Part shown: positions 13,128 to 26,762 of the stretch, one piece after another
Position numbering within the stretch: the first letter of the stretch is position 1
Layout of the letters: each line of letters opens with the position of its first letter
Assembly: GCA_965644295.1 (NCBI GenBank)
Contig: CBFFRP010000077.1
Coordinates: forward strand, 183,943 to 247,942
Direction of reading: 5' to 3'
Source: Paraphysomonas bandaiensis
Taxonomy: Eukaryota; Protista; Chrysophyceae
DNA: 64,000 bases
Translations under genes and position numbers: made by a program
The notes under the pieces: model-generated
The model's input: the letters and a program-made list of their open reading frames with translations, nothing else
Told to the model about the DNA's origin: nothing
The model's database searches: none

Positions 13128-14974
13128 AGTGCATTTATTACTATTGTTTTTTATGAGTAGTTGATAGCTCAAGAGAAACGTTTAGCGGCAAAGTGGAATG
13201 CTACCTTGACGTTGCATAACTTTTTAAATTGTTATGTTTTTCACTGCTAATATAGTGTATCTTCGATATTGTTTCGCATTGTTTGTAGGGAGATACTGTC
13301 AAGCAGCTGCTTTATGCACCTTGCTAAATTGAAGAAATATATCGGAGATAGATGAACTTTTCCATATGAGAATCATGTGCCTATTGTATTATAGTAATTT
13401 TTGATACATATATAGTCTGCATGATTTGTAGTACTCTGCATACGAAGTAGAATCATGATCATGAATAATGCCAACTGATAGAGAGGTATCATAACTAGAA
13501 GACATATCCCTTTTAGTCACTTCTTATTAGAACTTATAGCCGCAAGTGATGTGATCTACTATTACCGAGTGTGTATGGAAACTTTTAGTGGTCAGCTAAA
13601 TTGCTGAATATGATCAGACCTCCAAAAAACGCTACGTGTTTTGATCTCATTACTACAAGAGCATAAACAAGCAACTCTAGATACAACACTAAACTAATCG
13701 ATTATGCCCAGCTTAGCTGTGATAAAATAAGAAAGCCAATATTAGAAAGTATTATACAATACGAGCCACGAAACAACACGATAGTTACAGTAAGCAATTA
13801 TTATAAAACACTAAAATTAAAATTCCGATGCTCTGTTTACTACCATTGATTGCAGCTTCACATTCTGAAGGATTAAGTGGAGTTCTGTCTACAGTGAAGG
13901 GTTCACCTATTTTTTCTGCCGTTACATAAAATTTCGTGTGCAAGTAGAGTCTGAAATAAGATCGATTTCAACTTCCATGTCGCCGATGACCAAAAATTCC
14001 TTTCCGGCTTGCTTACTTGAAGTTCTTGAAATAAAGACATCACAGTTGATTTGATAGATTTCCCCATGTTCTCAATGACAAACGTATTATGTCTGTACAG
14101 AATCCAGTAACCATCTAATAAGATCTGGTTGCCCCAACCGAGCGACTTTGAAATGATCAGCCCTTTGTTGAGAAAAGGTGAGATGGGGGAAGTATTTATC
14201 GCGTTCGCGATGAACGGGAGTTTCTTGTTGGTGATTCTCTTCTACGTGCTGCGTTTATACGTTACATTGGCCCTTTTCACTAAGGAGTATCACGAATTAC
14301 TAGTGGAGAACACTCTTATTACCATCGCTATCATGTGCTCAGAAGCCGAAGTTGCTGAGTACCAGACTCAATGGAGTTTATTGTATTATGATCACCAATT
14401 GATACTAGAGACTAACAGTTATACATTATTCTTGTCGATGCAGAGGACTACAATACATAGTATATGCAGTTAGATTGTCATATGTTCTGCTTGTAGAGGT
14501 ACTGGAACTATAAGGAAAAGTAACCGAATTACAACCTCTATTACGAGATATCACACATCACTACATTGCCAACACCTCCGCACTGTAAACGAAATTAAGT
14601 GGATAATTGAGAATGAAGGTTGAGAAGTACCTCAATGATTAGTAATGGATTTTACGAATGGAATGATAAGATACTGGATGAAGATACTCCACACAGGCCA
14701 AAGATACTCTGAACGGATCGATGATCTATGGCTGCATGATGTGTACCTTTGTGGGGACAGTTTTCCATGCAGTGGTGTACTGCTGTACATTCGTCATACA
14801 GTACACCGCAGTTTGTAGTTATATATACATCGTACTGCGATACTGTAGATTAGTACAGCCGTACACTGCACATTATGACATTGCACAGCAGTACAGTCCC
14901 ATTTGACTATTAACACACAGCACATACACCACACTATCTCTCTCCATCATGTCCATATCATCCCAATAGAACTC

Positions 14975-16096
14975 ATGTCTTTCTTCTTCGCTTCACAGGC
15001 TCTGACTCTGTTAGCAGAGAGATATGACGAGAGAGAAGCGGTCTCCATCTCAAGTTTATTAAAGGCATGTATGCACAATGATAAACAGCATCTCTCACCC
15101 CTCCTCTCTATCAGGATATTCTAGAAAGCCTTCCCTTTCCTCAAAATTGGTCGATGATTGAACCTGAGCTGCTTATGGTAGCTAGGGCATTGTACTATGG
15201 GTGTTCTCTAGGAGGTGTATATACAGTCACTACTTGTCATGCAACTCACCTGTCGTATATGTAGTGAATGCAACTCCTGGCCAGGACTACTGTGGGTTAT
15301 CGGTAGTATCAGAGCAAACTGTATACTCACCCGTTTCGAAGCAAAGAATGAGATATGTAACTCTCCACCGCGACAGATTAGTTACAATATATGCCTTGTG
15401 CACACTACTCCCATATTTGAGGGACAGATTCTCCTATTTTGTTCGCGTTTGCTCTGCTGTAAATATAGATAATTGGTGGCCGGCCACCTTCGAACACTTA
15501 CATGATGCGCACAGATGCGCGTTTTATTTTGATGGAAGGTAGGCAAGTGTAAGATGTACAAGTGATAAATATGTAACATGTATGCCAGATTTCATACACT
15601 GTCTCGTCGTATGATGAGCGTACGACTTATATCTACCGAGTATCCGTCTCATGGACAGGTACTGTGTAAATTAGTTATTATTGTAACCATTCGATCTTAC
15701 GAATATTTGCATTTGCACTTCAATGTGTGGACAATACAGATCCAGCTCAAAACCGTGGCTTGGATATTACTTTTCAAGCTTGGAATATCTACAGCTGCAA
15801 AAGTTTTTGTTTCAATGTACAGGCGAATGAGGTCGCATCAACGTGCTAGGGGTGGAAACGCTAGCGTATTTCGCCGCGAGAATAGAGGACAGGAGAATTC
15901 TGTACAGCCATTGCCATCAAGGCAGTCTGTGTGTGCTTTGTGCAGAGAGTCTGCAACAGTTGACCCAGCAACCACTGTGTGTGGGCACATTTATTGTTAC
16001 AAGTGTATTACTGGGTGGCTTGCTGTCAATCCTATATGTCCAATTTGTAGAAAGTCACAACGCCCACAGCAAATTAGAGCATTGTATTCGTATTAA
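14975..16096 (+). CDS. PEX10: Peroxisomal RING peroxin, PEX10-like (multi-exon)
   Basis: N-terminal FFFASQ, TPGQDYCGL (cf. TLGEEY), HRCAFYFDGRFHTLSRR, C-terminal C3HC4 RING CALC...CGHIYCYKC...CPICR. Confidence 0.8.
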
Positions 16097-16725
16097 TAAT
16101 TAGGAGTAATAATTCGAGTTGATGTTGATTGCAATCCTATAAGTCGTTGTGCTGTTTCTGTTACGAATTATTCGGAGAGGTTATCTTCATTTTGACATAT
16201 GTCAAGCTGTCAAGGCCTCACAGATATCGTTAACAGAGACTTTTAAGTTTGAGAAGCTAAATCGTCAGGTTGGCTAAATGATTATGACCGTGACTTTTTG
16301 ATACTATAGACTTATAGTGTAATGCAAAGTCGACCAAACACATTACACATTATCCCACTACTTGTGGTAAATAGTAGTAAATGTTTTGATTACTGCGAGA
16401 CATTTTTTATTTCTCTTATTGTATAACGTCATGCATTACATAGTTCACCTTGTTCCTGTGTGGAAACGATATACAACTACGATTATTCTATGACTATGAT
16501 CCTTTCTGAAAGACAACACCAAGCTATTTATTCGGCTTATTAAATTCATCACGTACCAGTATGAAACGCATTATAGGAGTAAGTAGAGGATCGTACAAAA
16601 GCCTTTTTATAATTTTTACAGTGATGCTAATGCATGTGGCTGAATTCTCAATGAGGAGAATTTCTGCAGCAATCTCAACCAATACGCACTACTGGTGTCA
16701 GCCACGAAACGACGAACGATTACCT

Positions 16726-18134
16726 TTAGGTCTCCATTTCTCCCTCACCATTCCTGGAATCATCAGCAATAACGATATCAGGGAGCACTGCCTGAGGCAA
16801 AATGACCACAGAGGGAAGAGATTCGTCAACATCCTCCTCCGGAGGCATGATAGCCTTTATACGTTTGAAGATCTTGCACGGACTCATGCTGCCATCAAAG
16901 CTTCCACTGCGCTTAGAAACCAGAGCTTCTGAGACCTTATACCGGTTCCGTACGCCTTCAACATTGTTGAGGAAGCGAGTAATCTCGCGGATGCATTCAT
17001 GAGGTTCATCGATGGTTTTGCAGTGCCCAGCACGGGGGATGCACACAAGAGGCCATGCGGTAGATATGTGGTCCACAATAAGCTACACCAATATGTAAGC
17101 TCACATAGTGCGCAATAGAAGAATAAAGAATAGAGTAGAGTACACACCTGAGAGCACTCCTCGGTCATCGTATCGAACTCCCCCCGCATAACTAGAGTAG
17201 GCACTGCACGGAATCGAAAAACGTCAGTGTTATTGTTAATATACAGATGGAAGCATTCTATGTTGGAACAGAAAAACTAAATACATTACAGATACACACC
17301 CTTAATTTTCCACAGTCGGTCTGTAATAGACCATTTTTCCAAGACTCCGCTCAGTGCGAACTCGCTTGGACCTTGAATCTCCCTATACACCGCGTTATTC
17401 ATCTTACGCAGACAATTAAGGAAACAGTCCGGTCGTGGCACACAGCGAATAGTAAAGTGACTGGTAAGTATATTATCGATCTCCCGATACAACGGAGAGT
17501 CAAACGCCTTGTCATTCAGTAACTTTTTGAGGAGGTTTTGTGTAAACATGGGCAAGGTAGCAATGCGATCCCGCCACTGGGTCTGAATGTAGGTCTCCCC
17601 ATCACAGAGTGCCCCATCCAGAATAAGGCCCTGCAGACCTCGCAACATCGCATCAGTGGAAGAGCTGATGGATACTGCAAACTCTTGGGCCACGACCGTC
17701 CCCCAGCTGCTGGCATAAAGATAATACTCGTACAGCTGGAAGGTGTGAATCAGAGCCGACAGCTCCTCCACATAATATTCGATAGTAAGCAACCATGGCG
17801 CATCATTTTCAGGATCTTTAACAAACGTGGAGTCTCCACATCTACGTATATGTTACATCGTAAGCAATTCCATCTATGTAATATATTACCCGGCTTGGTC
17901 ATAGAACACCACAGGATAGCCAAACTCAGCTAATAGCTTCAAAGGTAGAAGGTAATTGTGAGTAAATGCTGGCCCACCATGTATGACTATAATAGGTGCT
18001 CGTTGTACGACATTTGGATTGTAGTATATCCATACAGCGATCTTAAGACCATTCTTGGTAAACGAACTCTTCTCGCATATGATATGAGAGGTATCTCCGA
18101 TTAAATTATCCAACGTAATTAATGCATCTGCCAT
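16726..18134 (-). CDS. Proline iminopeptidase-like alpha/beta hydrolase (multi-exon)
   Basis: HGGPAFTHNYL, YDQAG, nucleophile elbow ASSWGT, GPSEF, RGEFD, catalytic His in AGHC. Confidence 0.9.
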
Positions 18135-18909
18135 CTTTCAAAATGACTATTATCTAAGAAGAAGATATGGAATAGTGTTAATGGAAGTATATCATAGAAT
18201 TATGAGAGAATTCTATCTATCTATATATGTATGTACATGTATGTATGTATGTGTGTGTTGTTTGTTGTAGGAATTTCTATATGTATGAGATGCATAGATT
18301 GCAATAGAAAACTATAGAAAACGAAATTCGATCCCAACAACGCCACTGCTTTTTTTTTTACTATGAGAAGATTCGTGAGATCTTCAACTTGTGCATCCCA
18401 CATATGGGACAGAATAAGTTACAAAAATAGATTCCCCTAAAATTAAAAAAAAGGGATTTTATTGCAGATATCACGACAGGAAAAGCCAATTATAATTGTG
18501 ATAATTACAGTACATGGAAGTAGGTGTCACAACAGGCAAGTGTGGTGCTGAGTATTAACAAAGCATCGCTTTTGTAAATTACAAATTACGCTTCCTAATC
18601 ACTACTATCTGCCAACTCCGAACTCTGTACATAGAAAGAGTATATATTGCAGTTTTCTACTCTATTCCATTAAAAACTCAACCTATACAAAAACTATGGG
18701 TTTTATAGTAACAGTTCTTAGAAACATGGGTTTCCTAGATTTCCCTTTTATAACACCTGAGAACAATACAGACATCTGATTGTTCCCACTGGTTCACCAC
18801 AACAGTATTATTCTATAGTTACATGTCGTATACGGGTGGCGGTGGTGCCCCTAATTAACCAAGTCAACATCTCATTCTACTCACTAATGTCATAGTACAG
18901 GCCTAAAGA

Positions 18910-20179
18910 TTGTCTTGTACTCCTTTGCCGAGTCAGGTGGGTGCAGCTCCAATGGAGCAGTGTAATTTAATCGTGAATTACTTGCCCCTATATGTGGATG
19001 ACTCAGCTCTAACGGTAATAGTCAATGCCTCTAGATCAGCATGTATGTCACTCAATCATACTTATTATGCAACAGGAATTATTTTCACCGTTTGGAGAGA
19101 TATTACAAGTAAATATTGCACGAAATAAGACCACAGGAGAGAGTCTATCTTATGGGTTTGTGAAGTTTGCTCGGGCAGAAGATGCCAACTCGGCCATAGC
19201 CGCAAGAAATGGTTATCGGGTGGGAAACAAGCAACTTAAAGTCAGTGTTGCTAGACCGAAGCCAGCTGATATTCAGAATAGAAAGTTGTTTGTCTCGAAG
19301 CTGCCTTTGTCGTATACGGAGAGTCAGGTCCGAGAACTTTTCGCGGAGGTAGGGCGTTGCTTTCACAACGAGTGATTTAAATTATTTTTGTAGTACGGTG
19401 ACATTATTGAGTGTCGTCTTTTGCTAGAATCTGATAGAACAACCTCGAGAGGATCCGCGTTTGTGGAGTACAATCTAGCTTCTGAGTGCGAAGCAGGTGT
19501 GGCATAGTTTATCGTATTGAAGTTTACAATAACAATATGTATAGCCTTAACGGCCATGCACGAGAAAACTCCACCTGGAGCAACCAACAGTATATGTGTA
19601 TATTATGCTCGCCCGCCTCCCTTATCAGACAGCTCATCGAGTGATGTGTCTCGTATAGCGGCTCACTCCCCTCCTGCCACTCAGACTCCACCCTGGGTGG
19701 GGGGGCCCTGGTCTGCCCCTCCGTCCAATGCATCTTTTCCCGTCCCCTACGCGATCGCTCCCCAAGGCGCTTACATTGCTCCTCCGGCTGCCCCCTATCC
19801 CCAGATGTCTAGATCTAGCCCTGTGCAGCAATTCCATCACTCGAGTGCCACACATTATAGGTCATTTTTCCCGGAGTCAAGTCGGACGCCCGACATGCAG
19901 GAGGTCAGTTTAGAGGTTTTTGGTCTACCACCCAATGTCAATGTAAAAATGTTGGTTGAAATATTTGAGCCCTTCGGTCACGTGACAGCACTAGTTATTG
20001 ATCATTCGCTGAGCAATTATAGAGTAGTGTCATGTGGGAATGGTTGGGCTAAACTGATAACTACGCCGCAGCAAGTGCAGGATTTGTTCCGCCTAGTTCA
20101 TAACACCTGTGTGTTCCCTGGGTACCCACCCATTCAACTTTTACTTTTTCAACCATCGTGTGAAAGTTCGAATGTCTAA
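18910..20179 (+). CDS. ELAV/Hu/Sex-lethal-like RRM RNA-binding protein (multi-exon; first in-frame ATG 18952)
   Basis: NLIVNYLP, TGESLSYGFVKF, KQLKVSVARP, KLFVSKLP, SRGSAFVEY, plus a third degenerate RRM. Confidence 0.85.
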
Positions 20180-20995
20180 CTATGGTGATGCATCTCCACT
20201 CAAATCATGGCCTCCAATGTATTTTATGCTTAATTGCAGTGCTGTATGTTTTTTTTCCTTTATTTTTTTGCTGTTTTATTATATACATTGTCTATAAAGT
20301 ACATTATGATGTCATTGCAGCTAAGCTTCACTTGTATCTATGTGAACTCTATATTATAGTGTCCAGCACGTAATAACGTTTTTTTGCCTATCGTATAATT
20401 CTGCTGGTGTTTTTTTAATTTATTTCTATGAGAGCTGCATATGAACTTTTCGGGTGAAAGAAGGCATCATGTTTTTTTATATAATTGATTTTATTGCTAC
20501 ACTTTTCACTCGTTTTCTTTTTTGCTCAGATCTTATTGATAGGCTGGCTGTTTTTTTATGTAGCAGGTAGGAGTGACGACTGATCATCAAGTGCATGTGC
20601 AACTGTTTATGCATAACCTGATCGTCGCAGTTCGGTCATGTCATCTAACTAAATTAAACTAATAAGGTGAGTTTTATCGAACCGTGTGTTAAGAATTTCA
20701 CAATATTAGAGTGGCTCTCAGCTACCCTTCATATTGATAAACTGAAAGCAGGGTAATTTTGTGCTAGATTAACATATGAGCTACAGTAATAGCTAATAGC
20801 TATACTGAAAATATGTTGGTTCAAGCATTAACACCTGTAGCATGTTGCTATTTATCGCTAGTAGCTATCCTGCATTTTGCACAGCAATGAACTATAAAAA
20901 GTAGAAAACTACAACAACAAAAGTAAGAATTAAAATAGTGGTTGTATATTGACAGTAAATACATCCGTAGTTTTTAGTACTTGTCATTATATATA

Positions 20996-22005
20996 TATTG
21001 AAGGTCTTATTATTAGCAATAGGCGTTAGAAACCTGTACCAATATAGTGGCTAGTTGAATGCTAGACATACTAGTTAGACCTCTACCCATGAATAATCCG
21101 TACAAATTCTGTTATCCTACTATTTAACGCTACAGAAGCTGCTTGTGCGTCGCCGCAAGCACCAAAGTGCAACCACTTCCGTTCTTAATGTTGTTTGTGA
21201 GTTTCGCCCTGCTCGTGTGTCTTTGGGCTCACTGGCGCGTGTTGTCCGGGGGTCTCCCCTTGGGATGGTTCCACCAGGCTCTGTGGTACAGGGTTCTGAA
21301 TTAAGGTCCGTAGTAGTGTACCGAGCACTAGATGTGCGTGCTGAGAGGTGAGTCGTGTGGTGGAAGGTGGCGTTGTCTCCATGCATCGTTTGGGCGTCAG
21401 GCATAGATGGAGTTGCCGGAGACGGCGTCTTTGTCTATAGGACCTGATGATTTCATGCTGTCCGGTGCTTTATTCCTGCGTGAATGAGAGGTGGGGTTCG
21501 TGTTTGCGGTGGATGGTATTCCAGTCTGTGGTCGTCTTTGGACTCCTAGTAATCGTAGCACCCTTGAGCGTTTCTGTTTATGTTTTGGACGCGGTCGCGG
21601 GAGTAGCCTAGGGGGTCCTTTGTGTGAGGTAATGTATCGTCGACTTCGATCCTGGATCATTAGTTTTGCTGCAGCGAAAAGCGGTAGAAGCAAGCTGATG
21701 ACCGCTGTTTCAATGTTGCGCAGACCGTGGGGTGTCAAGGGCTCATGGATGTGATCTCCAAAAATCGTCTCGAGTTGTGCAGTGGTGATGGTACCTGTTC
21801 AGAATCTCTCCACCTGTGGCACAGAGGGGTTCCAGGCCCTACTGGATAGTCTCTGTAGCGCAGTGGTGGTCCAGTGGGGTAGGACCGGATTTCTCAGTAC
21901 CTCTTGAAGCGCGTTTTTGTGGCTGTGAAATGCCGATTCCCTAATTTGAGTGATGGCGTCATTTAAGCAGTCTAGGCACATACATGTGCTTGGGGGAGTC
22001 TAGTG
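20996..22005 (-). mobile_element. 5'-truncated, decayed non-LTR retrotransposon (LINE ORF2 C-terminus + 3' UTR)
   Basis: GC-richer island; reconstructed DSPKHMCLDC...IR (HX4C of the LINE zinc knuckle, after removing a 4-bp ATGT duplication); one frame broken by stops; 3' ~180 nt match the tails of the short retroposons. Confidence 0.65.
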
Positions 22006-22820
22006 GTTGTTAAAAATAAGACCTGTAGATAATGATATTGGTGTTGGGGATTAAATGATTGATGTGCTGCCTCAATCCCGTTGATTCAAAATCTGGAAAC
22101 TATGAAAGGTGTACACCTGTGATGGCACAATTTATTGAATTATAATTTAAGTTGTGACGCGGCCAGGGGCATTTACCACGAACCAGACTGATAGTCGTAC
22201 CTTCTTTTCTTATGTGTTCCGCTTTAAAATATCTACTCCAAGGAAACACAAACATACTATATCTACACAGATGTCACGCTGCAGGAAACGATACTGTACA
22301 TAGGGCCCAATAACAACATATTGTAATATATATATTATATATAAATAATTGTAAGTAGTACATACCAGCAGTCACATTGCGTTCTTGTCACACATCTCAG
22401 CTGGCCTTGATACTGATATACACAACCTAACCAAGACTACATGATGTCCCATATTATCATTCATCTCATTAATACTAAAAGGTAATTTTCCTGAACGTTA
22501 CTCACACAACAATCAATTAAAGTTGTAATTTGTATCTCTCATCATTCATATCGCCACAGTGGTTCGCCATTTTGACGTCGTCACTACTACGAACCAATAT
22601 TGTACGATCATTGATAAATACGATCTTATACAGTAGATATATTTTAGTGTCAATAAAAGTTATATATATACGATTTAATTAAATTTATATAATGCTGTTT
22701 TAGCTATAGTAGCCTCACCATCATGTTTAATACATAACCCCACGACTATGATATTATGTGTTGTTTAGACGAATTACACTAATAACTGGGTAGAACTCTT
22801 CTGATCCTTGTGTAAACACA

Positions 22821-23165
22821 CCCTCAACAAAGTCGGACTCGCACCTTTTCGTGGGGTTATGGGAGAGTACTGGAGATATTTATTCGGATAACTAACGTGA
22901 GCCGCATATATATTCCGTAGATATTGTTCTGCCCACTCATAGCCTAATGCTTGTGCGGTACAAAGGGACACTGATAAGTGTCACTTATGTAGACGTCTTT
23001 GGACCTTGACAAATAAACAGGCATCCGGGAACGGGCCCACCTCAAGGACTTCTGGGTTATTGGGCTACCTGCTGAAGTCAAGCATCCGGGCTAATTTACC
23101 TTAGAGACACAGAGAGAGAGCTAAGAAGTGGTTGCACCTTGGTGCTTGCGGTGACGCACAAGCAG
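22821..23165 (+). mobile_element. Short retroposon copy 2 (3'-truncated); ribozyme-like head at 22821-22904
   Basis: ccctcaacaaagtcggactcgcaccttttcgtgg...agtac...actaacgtgagcc head and ggttgcaccttggtgcttgcggtgacgcacaagcag tail segment. Confidence 0.85.
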
Positions 23166-23913
23166 TTTTGATACGCAAAATAGTAGTATATCAGAGTTTT
23201 GCTACACTAATTGTTCTGACGTTTGCTAATAATATCAGACATTCACCACTATGATCATCGGTGCCAACATAATACTGTGTTGCAGTTGTAGTGAACGGAC
23301 CATCTGAATCTACATGTTCTCCTTAACACCAAGAATGGTATTTAAGTTCAATCTCCAATAATGCGATGGTTTATGGAATACCGGAGTCAGCGCAAAGCCG
23401 CGCTCACTTTGGCTATTCAGGAAAAATTTGAGTTCGCACTGTACAGAGTCGAAGCTCTACTAGTTTGGCCGAACACCTCCGATACCACACCAGTTCCTAC
23501 ATTAAATACTAGCATAAAATACGTCACTTGGTATTTGATTGCCACAGATGACGTTGAAACTGTAGCCTGTGAATTTGATTGCCAACACAAGTAAGCGGTC
23601 CTCCCACTTTAAACACATCGTGGGTCGGAGTGATACTCTGTTTCCAGCGCTCAATCCACATCACTTAATATATGTATGTTAACAAGCAGGCTAAATGTCC
23701 GGGAAATGCCTGTGATACCCCTGACATCCTGTAGTATATAAGTGAGTCATTCGTTTGGGTGTTGCTAGAGCTAACTAAAAATTTGATGATGTGATGACCA
23801 AACCTGCTGCACTTACATAAAATACTGACATGAATTAATAAAAGACTTTTATTAAATCCATTGATAATCATCTCTATTATGATCTGGGAGTACTTCTAAG
23901 TTCATAGAGCGAG

Positions 23914-24297
23914 TAATGAATGTTATTATTATTAGCAATAGGCGTTTAAGAGTCAGCGCTTAACTCTGACATCCTACTATTGAATGCTACGAAAGCTGCT
24001 TGTGCGTCACCGCAAACACCAAGGTGAAACCACATTTGCGCTATCACTCCAAGCAAACGCATTGAAAAAGCAGAATGTTGATATATACCTGACACCTGCT
24101 GACATCAAGATTTTGGAGTCCTTAAGGTGAACTAGCCCGGATGCTTGACTTCAGTAGTGATACTTATTAGTGTCCCTTGCACTACACAAGGATTAGGCTA
24201 TGAGTGGGCAGAACAATATCTGCGGAATATATATGCGAAATATCTCCGGTACTCATCCCCCATAACACCACGAAAAGGTGCGAATCCGACTTTGTTT
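23914..24297 (-). mobile_element. Short retroposon copy 3 (internal deletions)
   Basis: Reverse-complement homology to the other copies; candidate TSD aagttcatagagcga (23898-23912) / aaattcatatagcga (24299-24313). Confidence 0.85.
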
Positions 24298-24915
24298 AAA
24301 ATTCATATAGCGAACGATTCGAAGCAGGAAGTTGTGCACGCAGTTCTTTATGTCTGCACTGCCAGGATCCGCATCCAATATTTTCATACACATAGCAAAC
24401 ACTATCATCCTTACTATGAGCTGAGTTTTGTTGAAATTTAGAACCCTTCGGCTCTTCCGTATCAATTGTGCATGCTTCTACCCTCCCTCTTATTCCAGCA
24501 AGAGATAATGTATACAGCAGTATAGGTGAATATATAATATGATGACATATAATTACGGAATGGGGTATGCTGTGTGTGAGTACATTACTGTCAATGAAAA
24601 CACCGTGTCAATTGTACTTCTTGTCGATATTTATCACATAAGGAAAATACTTTCAGTCAACCAAAATTACATATTCAATACCAGTGTACCAATAAACAGA
24701 ATTTAGATAATAGAATTCACACTGTACGTAGTAGCAAAGCAATTTGTTATAATTAAATATAGTACTCTTGACAATAGACTTCACAATATATACACAATGG
24801 TCACAAAAAAAAGTACATGTAAATGCTCCCGTCATCATCAACAGTAAATACAATATGTCATACACACGACAACACCACACGAACGACAATTCCCTTTCAT
24901 AAAATGTCGCCAAGT

Positions 24916-26032
24916 TTACATGTTTTTTTTCATTCCTTTGATTCCCTTTGATAGAATCAGCCACTCGTCAGCAGATGGTCGGATACCCATCACAGATGGT
25001 AGTATGCCGAGAGTATCACCTATCAGGCGTCAACATAAGAAAGGTAACTACGGAAGTAATAAAACACCTCACCATCACATTCAAAATCAGCAAGAGCACT
25101 GAGTGATGATAACGTGCGCATCACTCTTACAGAGCGTAATTGATCAGTAACCGTGACGTTCACTCTAACATTTTAATATTAATTGCCATGAAGGTGGACG
25201 TCATAGAATTGCCATACCGTGACGCACTTGTTATCTCCACTTCCATGGGACTTTCGGGAGCCACGTCTGTGATGGCTTCATTTTCTACGTCCCCATCTTC
25301 TACTTCAGATTGGAAGTTGGCCGTGCTAATGTGTATAATGCAGGGAGGGGGTGAACTCTTTCGCAGCCGAAAGTTAAGTTCTTGTCTAACATAGAACCCT
25401 GTCGTATCGATCTCTATCACGATTGATAAGTAAAGAATATTCCATATTACGTATTCATACCTGCGGATAATGGATGTCCCAGCCGCAGGGCAATGAATGT
25501 ATTAGTGACTGGAGGAGTTGATTTGAATGCATCCTATTCGTCAATAACATGAAAGGTGTTCGTCAAAGGGAAGCAATACATTAGTTTAACACACCTCAGA
25601 CCACATGCTTATAATCTTTCGTATAACTCTTCGACAATTTTTCATTCTCTCATCTTCCGACATATTCATATCCTCCATATTACATACATTGGGATTAAAT
25701 TTGATTGTATATATTTCTCTTGGACATGAAACTGTTGGACCGATTACTATTCGAACTTCATACACAGGAAATTTCTTCGAAAATTCTGTGATCGAAGATT
25801 GAATACTTTTATATTCATTTAAAAATTTGATAGTATTTTTCTGTAAACGATTTGATTTCATAGTCTTCTTATCCTCATCACTGATACTGTCCATATGATG
25901 CTGTAGGAATTCTATTGTTGATGGAATCTGTTCTCTCATGTATAAAATATGAGAGAAGAGGGACATTATAATCTCTGATATTAATGAATTAGGTATAGAG
26001 TTTAGTGGTAGATTAATATAATGTTCGATCAT
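24916..26032 (-). CDS. p31comet / MAD2L1-binding protein-like HORMA protein (multi-exon)
   Basis: LFSHILYMREQIP resembles p31comet LLKHILYQRQQLP; IVIGPTVSCPREIY; last exon EWLILSKGIKG. Confidence 0.6.
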
Positions 26033-26762
26033 GTTTAGAGAGAGGTGTGTGATAAGGTTATGGATGAGAGAGTGGGTTCATATTACTGTGGAGTGTAGTA
26101 ATGAGAACTAGAGCGGGAGGATTATGTATGTATCTATATGTAAAATCACGTACTTGTTACTTTATCTATGTATCTGTAGCATTATACGCATTGTTCTTCA
26201 TGCTGCTGTACTGATGTGTGCATCTTCGCTCCATGTTGCTTGTCGGCATCCTTTGTATATTTTTGTTCCAAGATGCCTCTATTATTGAGACAATAATTAT
26301 CTGTATTCCAGCCGTATTTGTATTACAGTAATATAGATGATTTTTGCATCAATTTACTTCCGAAAAATAAGATATACCATGTACTGCTCTGTATATGATG
26401 TGGATCACAACTATACCCATAAAATACATAGACTACGATGTATACCATGAACTTCAGAGGTAGTTTATCCAATGAAATATTTGACAATTTTAATCATTCG
26501 TAATCATTCGAAAAGGAATATTGAAGTTATATTTACATCCAATGAAAATTGTTATAGTTATATTGGTTTGATGACAATACTTTACTTTTTTCCAATGTTG
26601 ATGTTGAAATACACACTCTGGTTGTTTGTATGCTGTGGATGTATGGATTCTGCTGTATGTGAATGTGTCATCAGACTCATATCGCCACCTCATCACTGAT
26701 ATGATCATATAATACCCTCAAACCTCAGTGTCACATATACTATCAATAGATTTAATATACCA

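Noticed and set aside
14129-14473. 114-aa ORF
   Set aside because: TTG start, no recognisable motif or supporting exons; may be decayed sequence
21799-21801. In-frame TGA at a likely Trp position suggesting a variant genetic code
   Set aside because: Occurs only in decayed elements; host genes use TGG for Trp and TGA as a stop (e.g. 6878-6880)
22774-22971. Recurrent peptide YEWAEQYL...TPRKGASPT (also 24145 and 36305 ORFs) as a small protein family
   Set aside because: Antisense translation of the retroposon head; copy 1 has a stop (EWAE*) and the starts/frames differ among copies
24277-24290. GGTGCGAATCC as a tRNA B-box (tRNA gene or tRNA-SINE)
   Set aside because: Antisense to the A-tailed strand, no A-box or cloverleaf; better explained as the P2/P3 strand of the HDV-like fold
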